From: an uncultured Verrucomicrobiota bacterium
GTDB lineage: Bacteria > Verrucomicrobiota > Verrucomicrobiia > Limisphaerales > UBA1319
DNA: 64,000 nt
Direction: 5' to 3'
Assembly (NCBI GenBank): GCA_903845125.1
Contig: CAIMWS010000521.1
Coordinates: 7,069 to 71,068, forward strand
Positions 39,441-49,297 of this stretch are shown here, piece by piece; position 1 is the stretch's first letter; every line of letters begins with the position of its first letter. The notes beneath the pieces were generated by a model. The model was not told where the DNA came from. It was given only the letters and a program-made list of their open reading frames with translations, and made no database searches. A program made the position numbers and the translations under genes.

Positions 39441-42400
39441 TTACTGTTTCAGGCGGTAATACGTTTGCGATCCACCCGGGGTGACCGAATAGGGACTCGC
39501 CGCGCCACTCACCGTGGTCCAAGGACCGGTGACAGCAGGGGCGGATTCCAAGGTGCCGACACCAGTCCAAGTCACGCTGGCTTTGCCGCCAGAGAGCTGG
39601 ATTGACAGCGGGCCAAGCGGGCCCGACACGGGACCTTTGGGATACAAGCGAACCCGCTGGGCTGCGTAATTAGCGTCATTCATCACGTTGCCTCCCACCA
39701 CCGCAGGATTCAGCGGATCGGTGGGATCGATCGAATGTCCGTTGCCGCCATAAGCGCTGTTAGGCGGAGTGGAAGCACCGCTGTCCGTCATGGTCGAGAA
39801 ACCGAGCAGCAAGGAACTCGGCAGGGCCGGGAGGTCGGCATTGTCGTAGTTATCCCAAGTCGAACCGTCCCAGGACGAGTAGAACTTGAATGCGCTACCG
39901 ACGCGTTTGATGCGCAACCAGCGGGCGGTAGTCGCCGAGGATTGCGGATCACGAGTGCCAACGGAATCGGTGGACCGCAGGTTTCCATAGTAACCCTTGA
40001 GCCCATCGACCAGCGTAGCCCAGCTATATCCGGCAGCTCCATTGCCGTAGCCGCCGCCCGCCTCATTGCGCCAGAGCGGGATCGCCCCGCGGCCGGGACT
40101 GGAATTTTCCAGATAGGTGACATTAGCCACCATGGGCACCTTGGTCCCGTTGGCGGTATATTCTTCGCCGCTGTTATAGAGGTCGGCACGCAGCATCAGG
40201 CCGGAATTGGAGTAACCGCCCTGATTGGCCGAACGATCATACCGGCTGACCTTCGCCACCACATCGAAGTCGCCAACCAGCGGGGTTTGCTGATAGAGGT
40301 AATGGAGGAAGTCACCCGAATTCCAGGCATTGGACCCGCCACCCAGGATGTCCACTTCCGGATTGTCATCGGAGGAGAGTGCCACCGCCTGCCCAACGCG
40401 GTACGGATCATCGCCCGGCGTCGGACGCTTATCGGGATTCTGAATATAACCAATATCCTTGGACGTCCACGCCGAAACCTTGCCCGAGGCCACTGAGTTG
40501 GCGGCCACTGCATTGCCAGCGGTGTCTTTCACGCCGTTCACGGTGACGGTGAACGTGTCGGCGGTAAGCCCGGTGACAGTGAGGTAAGCGGCATCGCCGC
40601 CGATGCCCAGCCGAACCGAGGATACCGTGCCCTGGCTCAGCTTATAGTTGGCCGCGTTGGTGGCAGTGGCCGAACTGACCAGTTCGGAAAACTTCACGCC
40701 CACGGTTTTCTTATCCAAGGTGCCCACCGATACCAAGGTGGGCGGCACCAGGTCACCCAGGTCCACCTTTTTATAATCCGCGAAGCTGGCGGAGGTTTTG
40801 GCTTTGAGCGCGTTGGGATTGCCAGTGGCATCATCCGGATTCAACGCTGCGGCGGCGTAGGAGCCCAAGAGCACTTTGGCGGGCATTTCCTGGTAGCGCT
40901 GGCCAATGAGGGCCCAATCAACGCCTTCCTTGCTTACATAGAATGCAAAATAATTGCCGACCCGCTGCATGCGCAGCCACTGGTTGGGCAGGGCGTTGGT
41001 CACCCCGGCGTAGGAGCGGCTGAAGATCGTGTAGTTTTGACCATCGATGCCGCGTCCGCGCACTTCCACCACGTTGGCGCCGGCGGGATTGGCAGCCAGG
41101 ATTTTCAAAGAAGCGCTGTAGTTATTGGTGCTGCTGCGCACCATCAAACCCGCGCGGGCCCAGACATCCACCGGGGCGGTTTCCCCTTCCGCGGGGGTAT
41201 AAGCCGAGCCATCTGGATTGAACAAGGCGGAGGTCAGGCTCGTGATGCGAACTTGTTTATCGAAGTCGCCAGTAACCTCCTCGTAGGCGAAGGTCATCTC
41301 GTCACCCGCATTACGGAAAACGGCCGTGCCGCCCCCGGTCATATCGAACGCATAGGTCCCCTTGGAAACCCAGCTGCCCGGAAGGGCCGCCGAACTGCCA
41401 TCCTCAGCCGCGATATCTGCCACCGCGAGGGACACTGGCAGCGGCGTGGTGACACCGTGCGGGAAGATTTTGATACGCTGCGCCGCATAAACGGACTCGT
41501 TCATGTAGCTGCGACCGCCGGGAGCGGGAGGATCAATCGCCGGATTGAAGGGATTCAGCGGATCATTGGGATCAATCTGGTGCCCATTGTTGCCGTAGGC
41601 GCTGAACGGAGGATCAAACGCTCCGCTGTCCGTCATGGTCGAAAAGCCCAGCAGGAGGGAATTCGGTTGTGCCGGCAGGTCGGCTTTGTCCACCTGAGCC
41701 CAATCCACCCCATCCCACGAAGCATAGAAAAAGAAGGTGGAGCCGGTGCGTTTTACACGCAGGTAGCGCGCGGAGGTCGAGGAGGATTGGGGATCCACGG
41801 CGCCGCTGGCGTTCATGGCCCTCAAGCCGGCGTAATAACCTTTTTTGCCGCCAATAAGCGTAGCCCAATTGAAGCCGGCATTGCCATTGCCATAGCCACC
41901 GCCAGCGTCATTGCGCCAGAGCGGAATGGCTCCGCGGCCAGGAGCGGAATTTTCAATGTAAGTGACATTGGCCACCATCGGAACCTTGGTGCCATCCGTG
42001 GTGTATTCTTTGCCGGCAAGGTAGGGCGACGCACGCAGCATCAAGCCGCTGTTCGAATACCCACCCTGGTTGACGGAGCGGTCAAACCGGCTCACCGCGA
42101 TCGTCACATCGAAATCGCCAACCAGCGGATCGGTGCGATAAATAAAATGAATATAATCGCCAGCGTTCCACTGATTGGAACCACCGCCCACGATTTCCAC
42201 TTCCGGATTCTCATCCGAGGAAACCATCACGGCCCGGCCAACGCGATAGGGATCGTCACCCGGCGTCGGACGGTTGTTGGGATTCTGGATGCGGCCCACA
42301 TCCTGGGACACCCAGTTGAGCGACCGGGCCTGCGCCACCGAATTGGCGGCGATCAGGTTGCCGGCGGTGTCCTTGATGCCCCCCAGTACGGTCACGTTGA

Positions 42401-43358
42401 AGGTATCATTTGTCAAACCGGAGACTTCCAGATAAACGGCGTCACCGCCAATACCGCTTTTAATGCCCGTAATGGTTCCCTCGCTCAATTTGTAATTGGC
42501 GATATTAAGCGCCGTGGAGGAGTCCACCATTTCGGAAAATTTGACACCCACCAACTTCTTGTCGATGGTGCCCGCGGAAACCAACCGCGGAGCAATGGTG
42601 TCATTCAACGGTGTGGTGCCATAGCTGGCAAAAGCCACGGTTCCCTGGGTTCCCACGGCGCCACCGGCCGCATAGGCGCCCACCAGCACTTTGGCCGGCC
42701 ATTCCTGGTAACGCTCGCCGATCAGCGTCCAATCCATCCCGTTGGTGCCCAAATAGGCGGCAAAGTAATCCCCCACCCGGCGCAACCGCAGCCATTGGTT
42801 GGGCAGAACCTTGTCCACCCCGGAATAAATCCGGCTGAATTCCGTATAGCGCGAACCATCCAGCGCGCGCCCGATGAACCGCACCGAGTTATTGGCGCCC
42901 TTGGGATTCCCCGCCAGCAATTGCAGGGAGGAACTGTAGTTGGTATTGCCGATGCGTGCCATCAAGCCGCCATGCGTCCACGCATCGACCGGATCTGCGG
43001 GGTCAGAAGTCATGCTGGTGATTTTGACACGACGGTCAAAATCGCCCGTTACTTCTTCGTAGGCGAACGTCATAACATCGCCGGAAGTCGTCAGATCCTG
43101 GCCACTGTTGGCGATATCAGGATACATCCCAATGCCCCAGCCAGTGATTGTGAAAGCATCTCCGGCGCCCTTGACATAAGAACCTTGTCCCGGGGCGGGA
43201 TCCATCGCGGGTGGCGCAATGTCCACCTGTTTTAGAGTTTGACCAATTCCCAGACCGCCTGACAAAGCCAGGACAGCCGAGGTGACCACCATCAGGGAAC
43301 TGGCAATGCCATATCTCCTGATGGAGCCGGTTGCTGAAGTTTTTTTCGTTTTTTGCAT
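39441..43358 (-). CDS. Large secreted protein: tandem duplication of (beta-sandwich - Ig-like - beta-sandwich) modules with Verrucomicrobia-type C-terminal domain
   Basis: Signal peptide; repeated WLRLRRVG..F..Y...G.DW (concanavalin/DUF1349-like) and VKFSE.V...A.N.ANY (Ig-like); C-terminus LSIQ..VTWTG..LESAPAVTGPW..SPY..YYRL. Confidence 0.8.
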   Translation of the reverse strand: MQKTKKTSATGSIRRYGIASSLMVVTSAVLALSGGLGIGQTLKQVDIAPPAMDPAPGQGSYVKGAGDAFTITGWGIGMYPDIANSGQDLTTSGDVMTFAYEEVTGDFDRRVKITSMTSDPADPVDAWTHGGLMARIGNTNYSSSLQLLAGNPKGANNSVRFIGRALDGSRYTEFSRIYSGVDKVLPNQWLRLRRVGDYFAAYLGTNGMDWTLIGERYQEWPAKVLVGAYAAGGAVGTQGTVAFASYGTTPLNDTIAPRLVSAGTIDKKLVGVKFSEMVDSSTALNIANYKLSEGTITGIKSGIGGDAVYLEVSGLTNDTFNVTVLGGIKDTAGNLIAANSVAQARSLNWVSQDVGRIQNPNNRPTPGDDPYRVGRAVMVSSDENPEVEIVGGGSNQWNAGDYIHFIYRTDPLVGDFDVTIAVSRFDRSVNQGGYSNSGLMLRASPYLAGKEYTTDGTKVPMVANVTYIENSAPGRGAIPLWRNDAGGGYGNGNAGFNWATLIGGKKGYYAGLRAMNASGAVDPQSSSTSARYLRVKRTGSTFFFYASWDGVDWAQVDKADLPAQPNSLLLGFSTMTDSGAFDPPFSAYGNNGHQIDPNDPLNPFNPAIDPPAPGGRSYMNESVYAAQRIKIFPHGVTTPLPVSLAVADIAAEDGSSAALPGSWVSKGTYAFDMTGGGTAVFRNAGDEMTFAYEEVTGDFDKQVRITSLTSALFNPDGSAYTPAEGETAPVDVWARAGLMVRSSTNNYSASLKILAANPAGANVVEVRGRGIDGQNYTIFSRSYAGVTNALPNQWLRMQRVGNYFAFYVSKEGVDWALIGQRYQEMPAKVLLGSYAAAALNPDDATGNPNALKAKTSASFADYKKVDLGDLVPPTLVSVGTLDKKTVGVKFSELVSSATATNAANYKLSQGTVSSVRLGIGGDAAYLTVTGLTADTFTVTVNGVKDTAGNAVAANSVASGKVSAWTSKDIGYIQNPDKRPTPGDDPYRVGQAVALSSDDNPEVDILGGGSNAWNSGDFLHYLYQQTPLVGDFDVVAKVSRYDRSANQGGYSNSGLMLRADLYNSGEEYTANGTKVPMVANVTYLENSSPGRGAIPLWRNEAGGGYGNGAAGYSWATLVDGLKGYYGNLRSTDSVGTRDPQSSATTARWLRIKRVGSAFKFYSSWDGSTWDNYDNADLPALPSSLLLGFSTMTDSGASTPPNSAYGGNGHSIDPTDPLNPAVVGGNVMNDANYAAQRVRLYPKGPVSGPLGPLSIQLSGGKASVTWTGVGTLESAPAVTGPWTTVSGAASPYSVTPGGSQTYYRLKQ
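39640..43230 (-). repeat. Intragenic tandem duplication, period about 1845 bp (615 codons); boundaries approximate
   Basis: cccggcgtcggacg at 40414 and 42259; RPTPGDDPYRVG, NQGGYSNSGLMLRA, PGRGAIPLWRN and LLLGFSTMTDSGA each occur twice. Confidence 0.85.
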
Positions 43359-43828
43359 AACAAATATCCATCCTCAATCATTGCGAGCACCCTGTCAATT
43401 AAATTGGCAATATTTTAATCCACATAAACAGTCCGTCTGACCCGTGCCACCATGTATTGTTACTAACTGTGATCAGGAATGTTCCTAAATCACAAAAAAA
43501 CGCCTCTGGAGGTCCCGCCAGGGCCTCCGGCCGCAGTTCCATGCCCCCCGCAAAAGGCCTGCGTATCAGGCAAGTAACGAAGCGAAGGGCAAGTAGTCTC
43601 AAACGGGAAGAAACCAATGGATTCAGAGCTCCGCCTGCCATTCAACAAGGCAAAATACAAGTTCCAAATTCAGGCTGGTTCCCGGCCTGTTATTATCACT
43701 TTTTAAGGAAACCTCGGCCGGGTCCGTGCATTTGTTAGGGAGGCCTTGGTCCATCGGCACGCAATTCCGCTCGTGCGACACCGATCGGGGCCTTTAAAAC
43801 CACCAGTATTGCGTGCTGTCTGCCAGAG

Positions 43829-43857
43829 AAAAGGCCGGCTCCAGAAGGGAGCCGGCC
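43829..43857 (-). terminator. Intrinsic terminator after the PfkB kinase gene
   Basis: GGCCGGCTCC / GGAGCCGGCC 10-bp stem with TTTT on the minus strand. Confidence 0.7.
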
Positions 43858-43894
43858 ATCCACAAAGCTATTAGTCAACCAGTGACGCCAAACT

Positions 43895-44794
43895 TTAAAA
43901 CTTTTGCAATTTTTCCAATTCGGCGATCCGGTTTTGTATCGCCAGGCGATTGGCTTTGATGGTTCCGCTCAGGCCGAAACCTTCACAGCAGAAGGAAGCC
44001 ACCACCGAGCCATTGATAACCGCGCGCCGAATGTTCGCTTCGACCGGCCCCTCGGAACTGGCCAGATAGCCGATCAGGCCGCCGACAAACGAATCACCCG
44101 CGCCGGTCGGATCCACCACTTTCTTCAGGGGGAAGGCTGGAGCCAGGAAAAACTCCCCGGGACCGGAAAGGATGGAACCATGCTCGCCCTTCTTGATGAC
44201 CACCCATTTGGGGCCCAGCTTGTGGATTTTTTCGGCGGCGGCGATCAAGTTTGATTCCTTGGTCAACTGCCGGGCTTCGCTGTCGTTCAACACCAAGGCA
44301 TTGACCCTTTTCAAAAGCCGCAGCAGTTCATCCATGGCGGTGTTGAGCCAGAGATCCATGGTGTCGGCAATGACAAATTTGGGGCGCTTCATCTGGTCCA
44401 ACACATGGTGCTGCAAGGCTGGCGCAATATTGGCCAGCAACACAAAAGGTGTATCGCGGAAATTCTGAGGCAACTCGGGCGAGAAAGAAGCGAAAACCCC
44501 CAGCTCGGTGCTCAACGTCCGGCGGTTGTTCATGTTCACTTCATACTCACCGGACCAATGGAAAGTCTTGCCGTTGGTGATCTGCAGTCCGGTTAAGTCG
44601 ATCTTGTGGTTGCGGAACAACTGGAGGTATTTTTTAGGAAAGTCGTCCCCCACCACTCCGACCAGGCGCGGGGGTTCAAAAAAACTGGCAGCCACCGCGG
44701 CATGGCTGGCGGAGCCTCCCAACAAGCGCGGATTCTCGGCTTTGGGAGTTTTGATGGAATCAAGGGCAACCGATCCGACGACTAGGACTGACAT
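43895..44794 (-). CDS. PfkB family carbohydrate/nucleoside kinase
   Basis: VVGSVALD, GGSA, GVVGDDF, NDSEA, KKGEHG, DPTGAGDSFVGG. Confidence 0.9.
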   Translation of the reverse strand: MSVLVVGSVALDSIKTPKAENPRLLGGSASHAAVAASFFEPPRLVGVVGDDFPKKYLQLFRNHKIDLTGLQITNGKTFHWSGEYEVNMNNRRTLSTELGVFASFSPELPQNFRDTPFVLLANIAPALQHHVLDQMKRPKFVIADTMDLWLNTAMDELLRLLKRVNALVLNDSEARQLTKESNLIAAAEKIHKLGPKWVVIKKGEHGSILSGPGEFFLAPAFPLKKVVDPTGAGDSFVGGLIGYLASSEGPVEANIRRAVINGSVVASFCCEGFGLSGTIKANRLAIQNRIAELEKLQKF

Positions 44795-44896
44795 ATTATG
44801 TGTTTAACGGTTATTGGTTAAGATTTACGCCCGCACCCGCAATTGAAGGCTGGCACTATACTGTTGGGCTTTCCCTCTGAATTCGTTCATATTCAA

Positions 44897-45538
44897 TCAG
44901 ATTAGCTGTTGCTTGAAGGCTTGGCAAGCTTTTCTTATATGGGGTGCTTTCAAGATGGCGGAGACCACGCATACTCGCCGCGCTCCGGCTCCCAAAACCG
45001 CCGGCAAATTGTCCAGGTTGATGCCGCCGATGGCGAACCAAGGCATGGTAATATTGGCGGCCATCCAACCCATATATTCCAAGCCCACCGGCTTGGCCTC
45101 AGCTTTGGTGGGCGTCGCAAAAACCGGACCCGCTCCAAGGTAGGCCGCTCCCGCCTGGACCGCCCGCACAGCCTGGTCTGGGGCATGAGAGCTAAGCCCC
45201 ATCCGCAGCTTTTCGCTGGCACCGATCAATTCGCTGACCTGCTGGCGACCGGAGGCAAAAAAATCTTCCTGCCCAAGGTGGCAATAAGCAGTCCCAACTT
45301 CGCGAGCCACATCGAGAAAATCATTAATAACCAGCGGAACTTGGGCGGCGGTCGTGATCGGCAGGATTTTCTCCGCCATCCGCCGGATTTCCAACCGGGT
45401 GCAACCCTTGGCCCTGAGCTGGATGATATCCGCTCCCCCGTCGCACAATTGACGCGCAATTTCGCCTACTTTGTTGTGTTCACAGTAAGCGGTATCGATA
45501 AAGGCGTATAATCGCGCCTCCATTAATGATTTCATCAT
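44897..45538 (-). CDS. thiE: Thiamine-phosphate synthase
   Basis: IQLRAK, LVIND, HLGQED, GLSSH, GPVFATPTK, FAIGGI, VVSAI; ATG near 45538 preferred. Confidence 0.9.
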   Translation of the reverse strand: MMKSLMEARLYAFIDTAYCEHNKVGEIARQLCDGGADIIQLRAKGCTRLEIRRMAEKILPITTAAQVPLVINDFLDVAREVGTAYCHLGQEDFFASGRQQVSELIGASEKLRMGLSSHAPDQAVRAVQAGAAYLGAGPVFATPTKAEAKPVGLEYMGWMAANITMPWFAIGGINLDNLPAVLGAGARRVCVVSAILKAPHIRKACQAFKQQLI

Positions 45539-45660
45539 TTTCTCAGCTAACCTGAGGGCGATGAGAGGTCCACTCAAGTTTTTTCTGAATGATCCGATTT
45601 AATAATAAGGCATGGGATGCCGGCAGTTCTACCCCCAACCGCAACACAGGGGTGTAAAGA

Positions 45661-46017
45661 ATGCGAACGGCATGCCTCCTGCTTGACCAGGTGGATGGGA
45701 TTATGTGCGAAGCATACCTCGACAATTGGGCGTTGGTGGGGAAAAAGCCGGGAGGAGGCCAGACGGCTTTGCCGGAAATCCATTTGCGGGGAATAGTCTT
45801 CGGCCACACGGCCTACCCGGATGGCAGTGAGATAACCACTTCCCACATTGCCCATCGCAAAGGCGAATGCCTGGTGACCGTCAATGGCACTCATTATGTC
45901 CTGGGCGCCATCAATCCCGATTACGATCAACAGTTTCCCAATGCCAGGAACCTGCTCTTGCGAAGGGTCCGCGAATCCGCGGAGGAGGAGACTTACCGGC
46001 TCAAACCGAGCCTTTGA
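45661..46017 (+). CDS. Small hypothetical protein (DUF6634 / SANTA-like pattern)
   Basis: LDNW...LRGIVFGH...DG..ITTS.I......T.NGTHY.LG pattern; fills the gap between flanking minus-strand genes. Confidence 0.55.
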   Translation: MRTACLLLDQVDGIMCEAYLDNWALVGKKPGGGQTALPEIHLRGIVFGHTAYPDGSEITTSHIAHRKGECLVTVNGTHYVLGAINPDYDQQFPNARNLLLRRVRESAEEETYRLKPSL

Positions 46018-46102
46018 CCGAAAATCAAACCGGCCCAACCCGTCCAGCAGGCGCAGCGTATAAGGTATGCGCCGGCGCCATCGGCGGGGGGCCGCGATTC
46101 GG

Positions 46103-47029
46103 CTATTTTTGTCCAGCCAGCAATAAGGCCCCCACCGGCACGGCATCCTCACCCAAGCCAGCCAAAACAATTTTCGGGCTGGGGTGGAAAATCTCCATGA
46201 TGAATGGGGTAATCCGGGACGCCACCGCCGCCCGCAAGGTTTCGCCAACCAAAGACAAGCCACCGCCCAGGATAATGATTTCGGGATGCAACAGGTGGAT
46301 CACATGCGCCAGCGCAAAGGCAAGGTCTTCGGCGGTTTCATTTAAAATCTGCCATGCGAACTCATCCCCGGCAGCGCAAGCTTGGGCCAGAAACCGCGCT
46401 TCTCCGCGGCTGGCTGCCCCGCACAATCGCGCCAGGAGGCATTCCGGATGGGAAGCATTTAAGCGCCGGATCTTGGCGTCCACCGCCCAACCGGAGCACC
46501 GGGATTCCACGATCGCGCCCGAACGGTCCAGGCGCACATGCCCCAGTTCGGATTCACCCGGCTTGGCCCCATGGTAAATCCGGCCGTTGACCGCCAGCCC
46601 CCCCCCCACCCCGCTGCCCATGGTGACATAAAACACCGGATTGAAATTGCGCCCCGCGCCAGCCAGGGCTTCCCCCAAGGCAGCCGTGTTGGCATCATTA
46701 TCCACCACCACGGGCCGCGAAACCAGGGACTCCAGCCAGGGTGCCAGTTGGAAGCCCGACCAGCCTGCGATCTGGTGCGAGCAAGCGATCGATCCCTGCT
46801 GCCAATCCACCGGCCCGCCAAAGCCCACACCCAAAGCTTCCAAAGCGGGAATTTCCCGGCAAATAGCGGGCAGTTTCTGTTCCAGAATCCGCCGGATGCC
46901 GGCTCCGCCCTGCTCCACTTCCACCTCGAAGCGCCAGCGCTGAATAATCTTGCCGCCGGTGGAACCGCTGACGATTTGCAGTTTGGTGCCGCCGATTTCA
47001 ATGCCTACGTATCTGGCTTGCTCGCTCAT
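46103..47029 (-). CDS. ROK family sugar kinase
   Basis: GIEIGGTK, GVGFGGP, DNDANTAALGE, GSGVGGG, ELGH; lacks the CxCGxxGC zinc motif. Confidence 0.88.
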   Translation of the reverse strand: MSEQARYVGIEIGGTKLQIVSGSTGGKIIQRWRFEVEVEQGGAGIRRILEQKLPAICREIPALEALGVGFGGPVDWQQGSIACSHQIAGWSGFQLAPWLESLVSRPVVVDNDANTAALGEALAGAGRNFNPVFYVTMGSGVGGGLAVNGRIYHGAKPGESELGHVRLDRSGAIVESRCSGWAVDAKIRRLNASHPECLLARLCGAASRGEARFLAQACAAGDEFAWQILNETAEDLAFALAHVIHLLHPEIIILGGGLSLVGETLRAAVASRITPFIMEIFHPSPKIVLAGLGEDAVPVGALLLAGQK

Positions 47030-47032
47030 ATT

Positions 47033-47434
47033 TCAAAACATTCGTTCAAAATCCGGATGGTTGCCGGCTGGCTCCCAATAAGAAGCCTGTCCGGATCGTT
47101 TTTTAAGTTTCAGCAGATCCTTGCCCGCGGCGCGCAACATCAGCCCCAAAGGGGTGAGCACCAACAGGAAAAACCCAGTCAACAGGATCCCCCCCATGAA
47201 CTGGCCCACGTAAAAACTCACGGTCATCAGGCGGCGGTAAAAGCCGCGGAACCACCGGGGACGCACCGCCGCCAGCACCAGAATCAACCCCAGCATCATC
47301 AGAATCATCGCAAAACCAAGCGGCGTAAGAAAGCGCTGCCGGAACAGGAGCAGATCAGCCACCGCGGCTGCCAATACCAGCACCAAAACCAGCTTTTGCC
47401 ATTCGCGAGGATTCTCTTTGAGCTTGAGTTTCAT
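47033..47434 (-). CDS. SxtJ family membrane protein
   Basis: Hydrophobic helices, FFLVLTPLGLMLR..GKDLL, SYW, C-terminal ERMF; follows a carbamoyltransferase. Confidence 0.75.
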   Translation of the reverse strand: MKLKLKENPREWQKLVLVLVLAAAVADLLLFRQRFLTPLGFAMILMMLGLILVLAAVRPRWFRGFYRRLMTVSFYVGQFMGGILLTGFFLLVLTPLGLMLRAAGKDLLKLKKRSGQASYWEPAGNHPDFERMF

Positions 47435-47446
47435 GGCCGGGGGCAG

Positions 47447-49297
47447 TCAGTCCAGTTGAGGCTCAAAGCTGCGCTCCAGCTGGCGGTGCGGCTGGGCGGT
47501 GCGCTGGAGCAGGAAATTCCCCATCACCAGGTAATCCATTTCCGTATTGATCAGGCAACGGTACGCATCCTCCGGAGTGCAGATAATGGGCTCTCCGCGA
47601 ACATTAAACGAAGTGTTGACCAGCACGGCGCAACCGGTGGCGCGGTAAAAGTGCTCGAGCAAAGCGTGCAATGGCGGATTTTGCTCCCGCGTGACGGTTT
47701 GGATGCGCGCCGAATAATCCACGTGCGTCACCGCCGGGATATCGGATCGCACCTGCTTCAGCAAATCCAGTCCATGCACCCCGGTGGGGGGCGGTTTCCG
47801 GCGCCCTTCCCGCACGGGCGCCACCAGAAGCATGTAGGGAGAGTCCACCGCCAGGTCAAAATATTCCTCCAGATGTTCCCGCAGCACGATGGGGGCAAAC
47901 GGCCGGAAACTTTCGCGGAACTTGACTTTGAGGTTCATGACCGACTGCATCTTGGGGGAGCGTGGATCCCCCAGGATGGAGCGGTTGCCGAGGGCGCGAG
48001 GCCCGAACTCCATGCGGCCCTGAACCCAGCCCACCACTTGTTCACGCCGCAGCAGTTCCACCGCACGGTTGAGCAGGCTCTCCTCGTCCAACCGCTCGTA
48101 AACCGCCTGGTGCGCATCCAGCACTTGCCGGATTTCCGCTTCCGAATAGGCCGGTCCCAGCAGCGCGTGCCGCATGCCATCCATTCCCGCGGATTTATGG
48201 GCCAGTCCGCCTTGGATTCCGGGGCCATCGTGTGCGGCCGCCCCATGCCATACCGCCAGGGCAGCACCCGCGGCCCCTCCGGCATCCCCCGCGGCGGGCT
48301 GAATCCATAGCCGGTCGGCCACGCCTTCCCGCAAAAGACGGCCATTGGCCACGCAATTCAACGCCACGCCACCAGCCAGGCAAAGGCAGCCCAAGCCGGT
48401 GACTTCCCGAGCGTGCCGGGCCAGGCGCACCATGACTTCTTCAGTGACCACCTGGATGGAACGGGCCACATGGGTGAACCGCTCCTCGATGAGGGTTTCC
48501 GGCTGGCGGGGCGGACCTCCCATGAGGCGATGGAATTTTTCATTCGTCATGGTCAATCCCCGGAGAAAATTGAAATACTCCAGGTTCAGCCAAAATGATC
48601 CATCCGGTTTAAGGTCGATGAGGTGATCGTAGATAGCCTGGACATGGCGCGGTTCGCCATAGGGCGCGAGGCCCATCAGTTTATACTCGCCAGAGTTGAT
48701 GCGGAAGCCCGCGTAGGCAGTGAAGGCCGAATAGAGCAAACCCAGCGAATGCGGAAAATGCAACTCCCGGTGAAATTTCAATGCGTGCCCCCGACCCTCG
48801 CCGATGGTCGTGGTAGCCCATTCGCCCACGCCGTCCACCGTGACGAATGCCGCCTCCGGAAAAGGCGAGGGATAAAAAGCGCTGGCGGCATGAGCCTGGT
48901 GATGCCCTGTGAAAAGGATCGGGCAATTACCGGCCAGCCCGGGCAATTCCTCGCGGATGGTCTTCCGCAGGTTGAGTTTTTCGCTCAGCCAGGATGGCAA
49001 TACTTTTGGAAACGTCAGCCAGCCAGCCGGTGCCACCGCCAGGAAAGACTCCAGCATCCGCGCAAACTTGGTAATGGGCTTGTCGTAAAACACCACCGCA
49101 TCGAGCTGATCCAAATTGATTCCGGCCAGCTTCAGGCAGGCGGTGATGGCCTGGCTGGGAAAGCCATCCTCGTTCTTGCGGCGGGTGAATCGCTCTTCCT
49201 GGGCGGCAGCCACGATCTCCCCTGCCCGTACAAGGGCCGCGGCTGAATCATGGTAAAAAGCCGAAAGGCCCAGGATATGGCGCAAAGGTCGGGCCAT
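47447..49297 (-). CDS. O-carbamoyltransferase (NodU/CmcH/TobZ/SxtI family)
   Basis: FYHDSAAAL, QEERFTR, HHQAHAAS, DGVGE, GEYKLMGLAPYG, GRMEFGPRALGNRSIL, KFRESFRPFAP, VNTSFN. Confidence 0.93.
   Translation of the reverse strand: MARPLRHILGLSAFYHDSAAALVRAGEIVAAAQEERFTRRKNEDGFPSQAITACLKLAGINLDQLDAVVFYDKPITKFARMLESFLAVAPAGWLTFPKVLPSWLSEKLNLRKTIREELPGLAGNCPILFTGHHQAHAASAFYPSPFPEAAFVTVDGVGEWATTTIGEGRGHALKFHRELHFPHSLGLLYSAFTAYAGFRINSGEYKLMGLAPYGEPRHVQAIYDHLIDLKPDGSFWLNLEYFNFLRGLTMTNEKFHRLMGGPPRQPETLIEERFTHVARSIQVVTEEVMVRLARHAREVTGLGCLCLAGGVALNCVANGRLLREGVADRLWIQPAAGDAGGAAGAALAVWHGAAAHDGPGIQGGLAHKSAGMDGMRHALLGPAYSEAEIRQVLDAHQAVYERLDEESLLNRAVELLRREQVVGWVQGRMEFGPRALGNRSILGDPRSPKMQSVMNLKVKFRESFRPFAPIVLREHLEEYFDLAVDSPYMLLVAPVREGRRKPPPTGVHGLDLLKQVRSDIPAVTHVDYSARIQTVTREQNPPLHALLEHFYRATGCAVLVNTSFNVRGEPIICTPEDAYRCLINTEMDYLVMGNFLLQRTAQPHRQLERSFEPQLD

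Noticed and set aside
41037-43235. 732-aa plus-strand ORF, and similar long ORFs at 33894-35606, 37022-38488, 46538-48310, 55322-57223, 62145-63728
   Set aside because: Antisense shadows of well-supported genes in GC-rich DNA, with no recognisable motifs.
45539-45660. TPP riboswitch upstream of thiE
   Set aside because: A lone CTGAGA sits next to the start without the downstream conserved TPP elements.
46598-46607. G10 tract in the ROK gene as a phase-variation site
   Set aside because: It encodes the conserved GVGGG motif, so it is explained by protein sequence.
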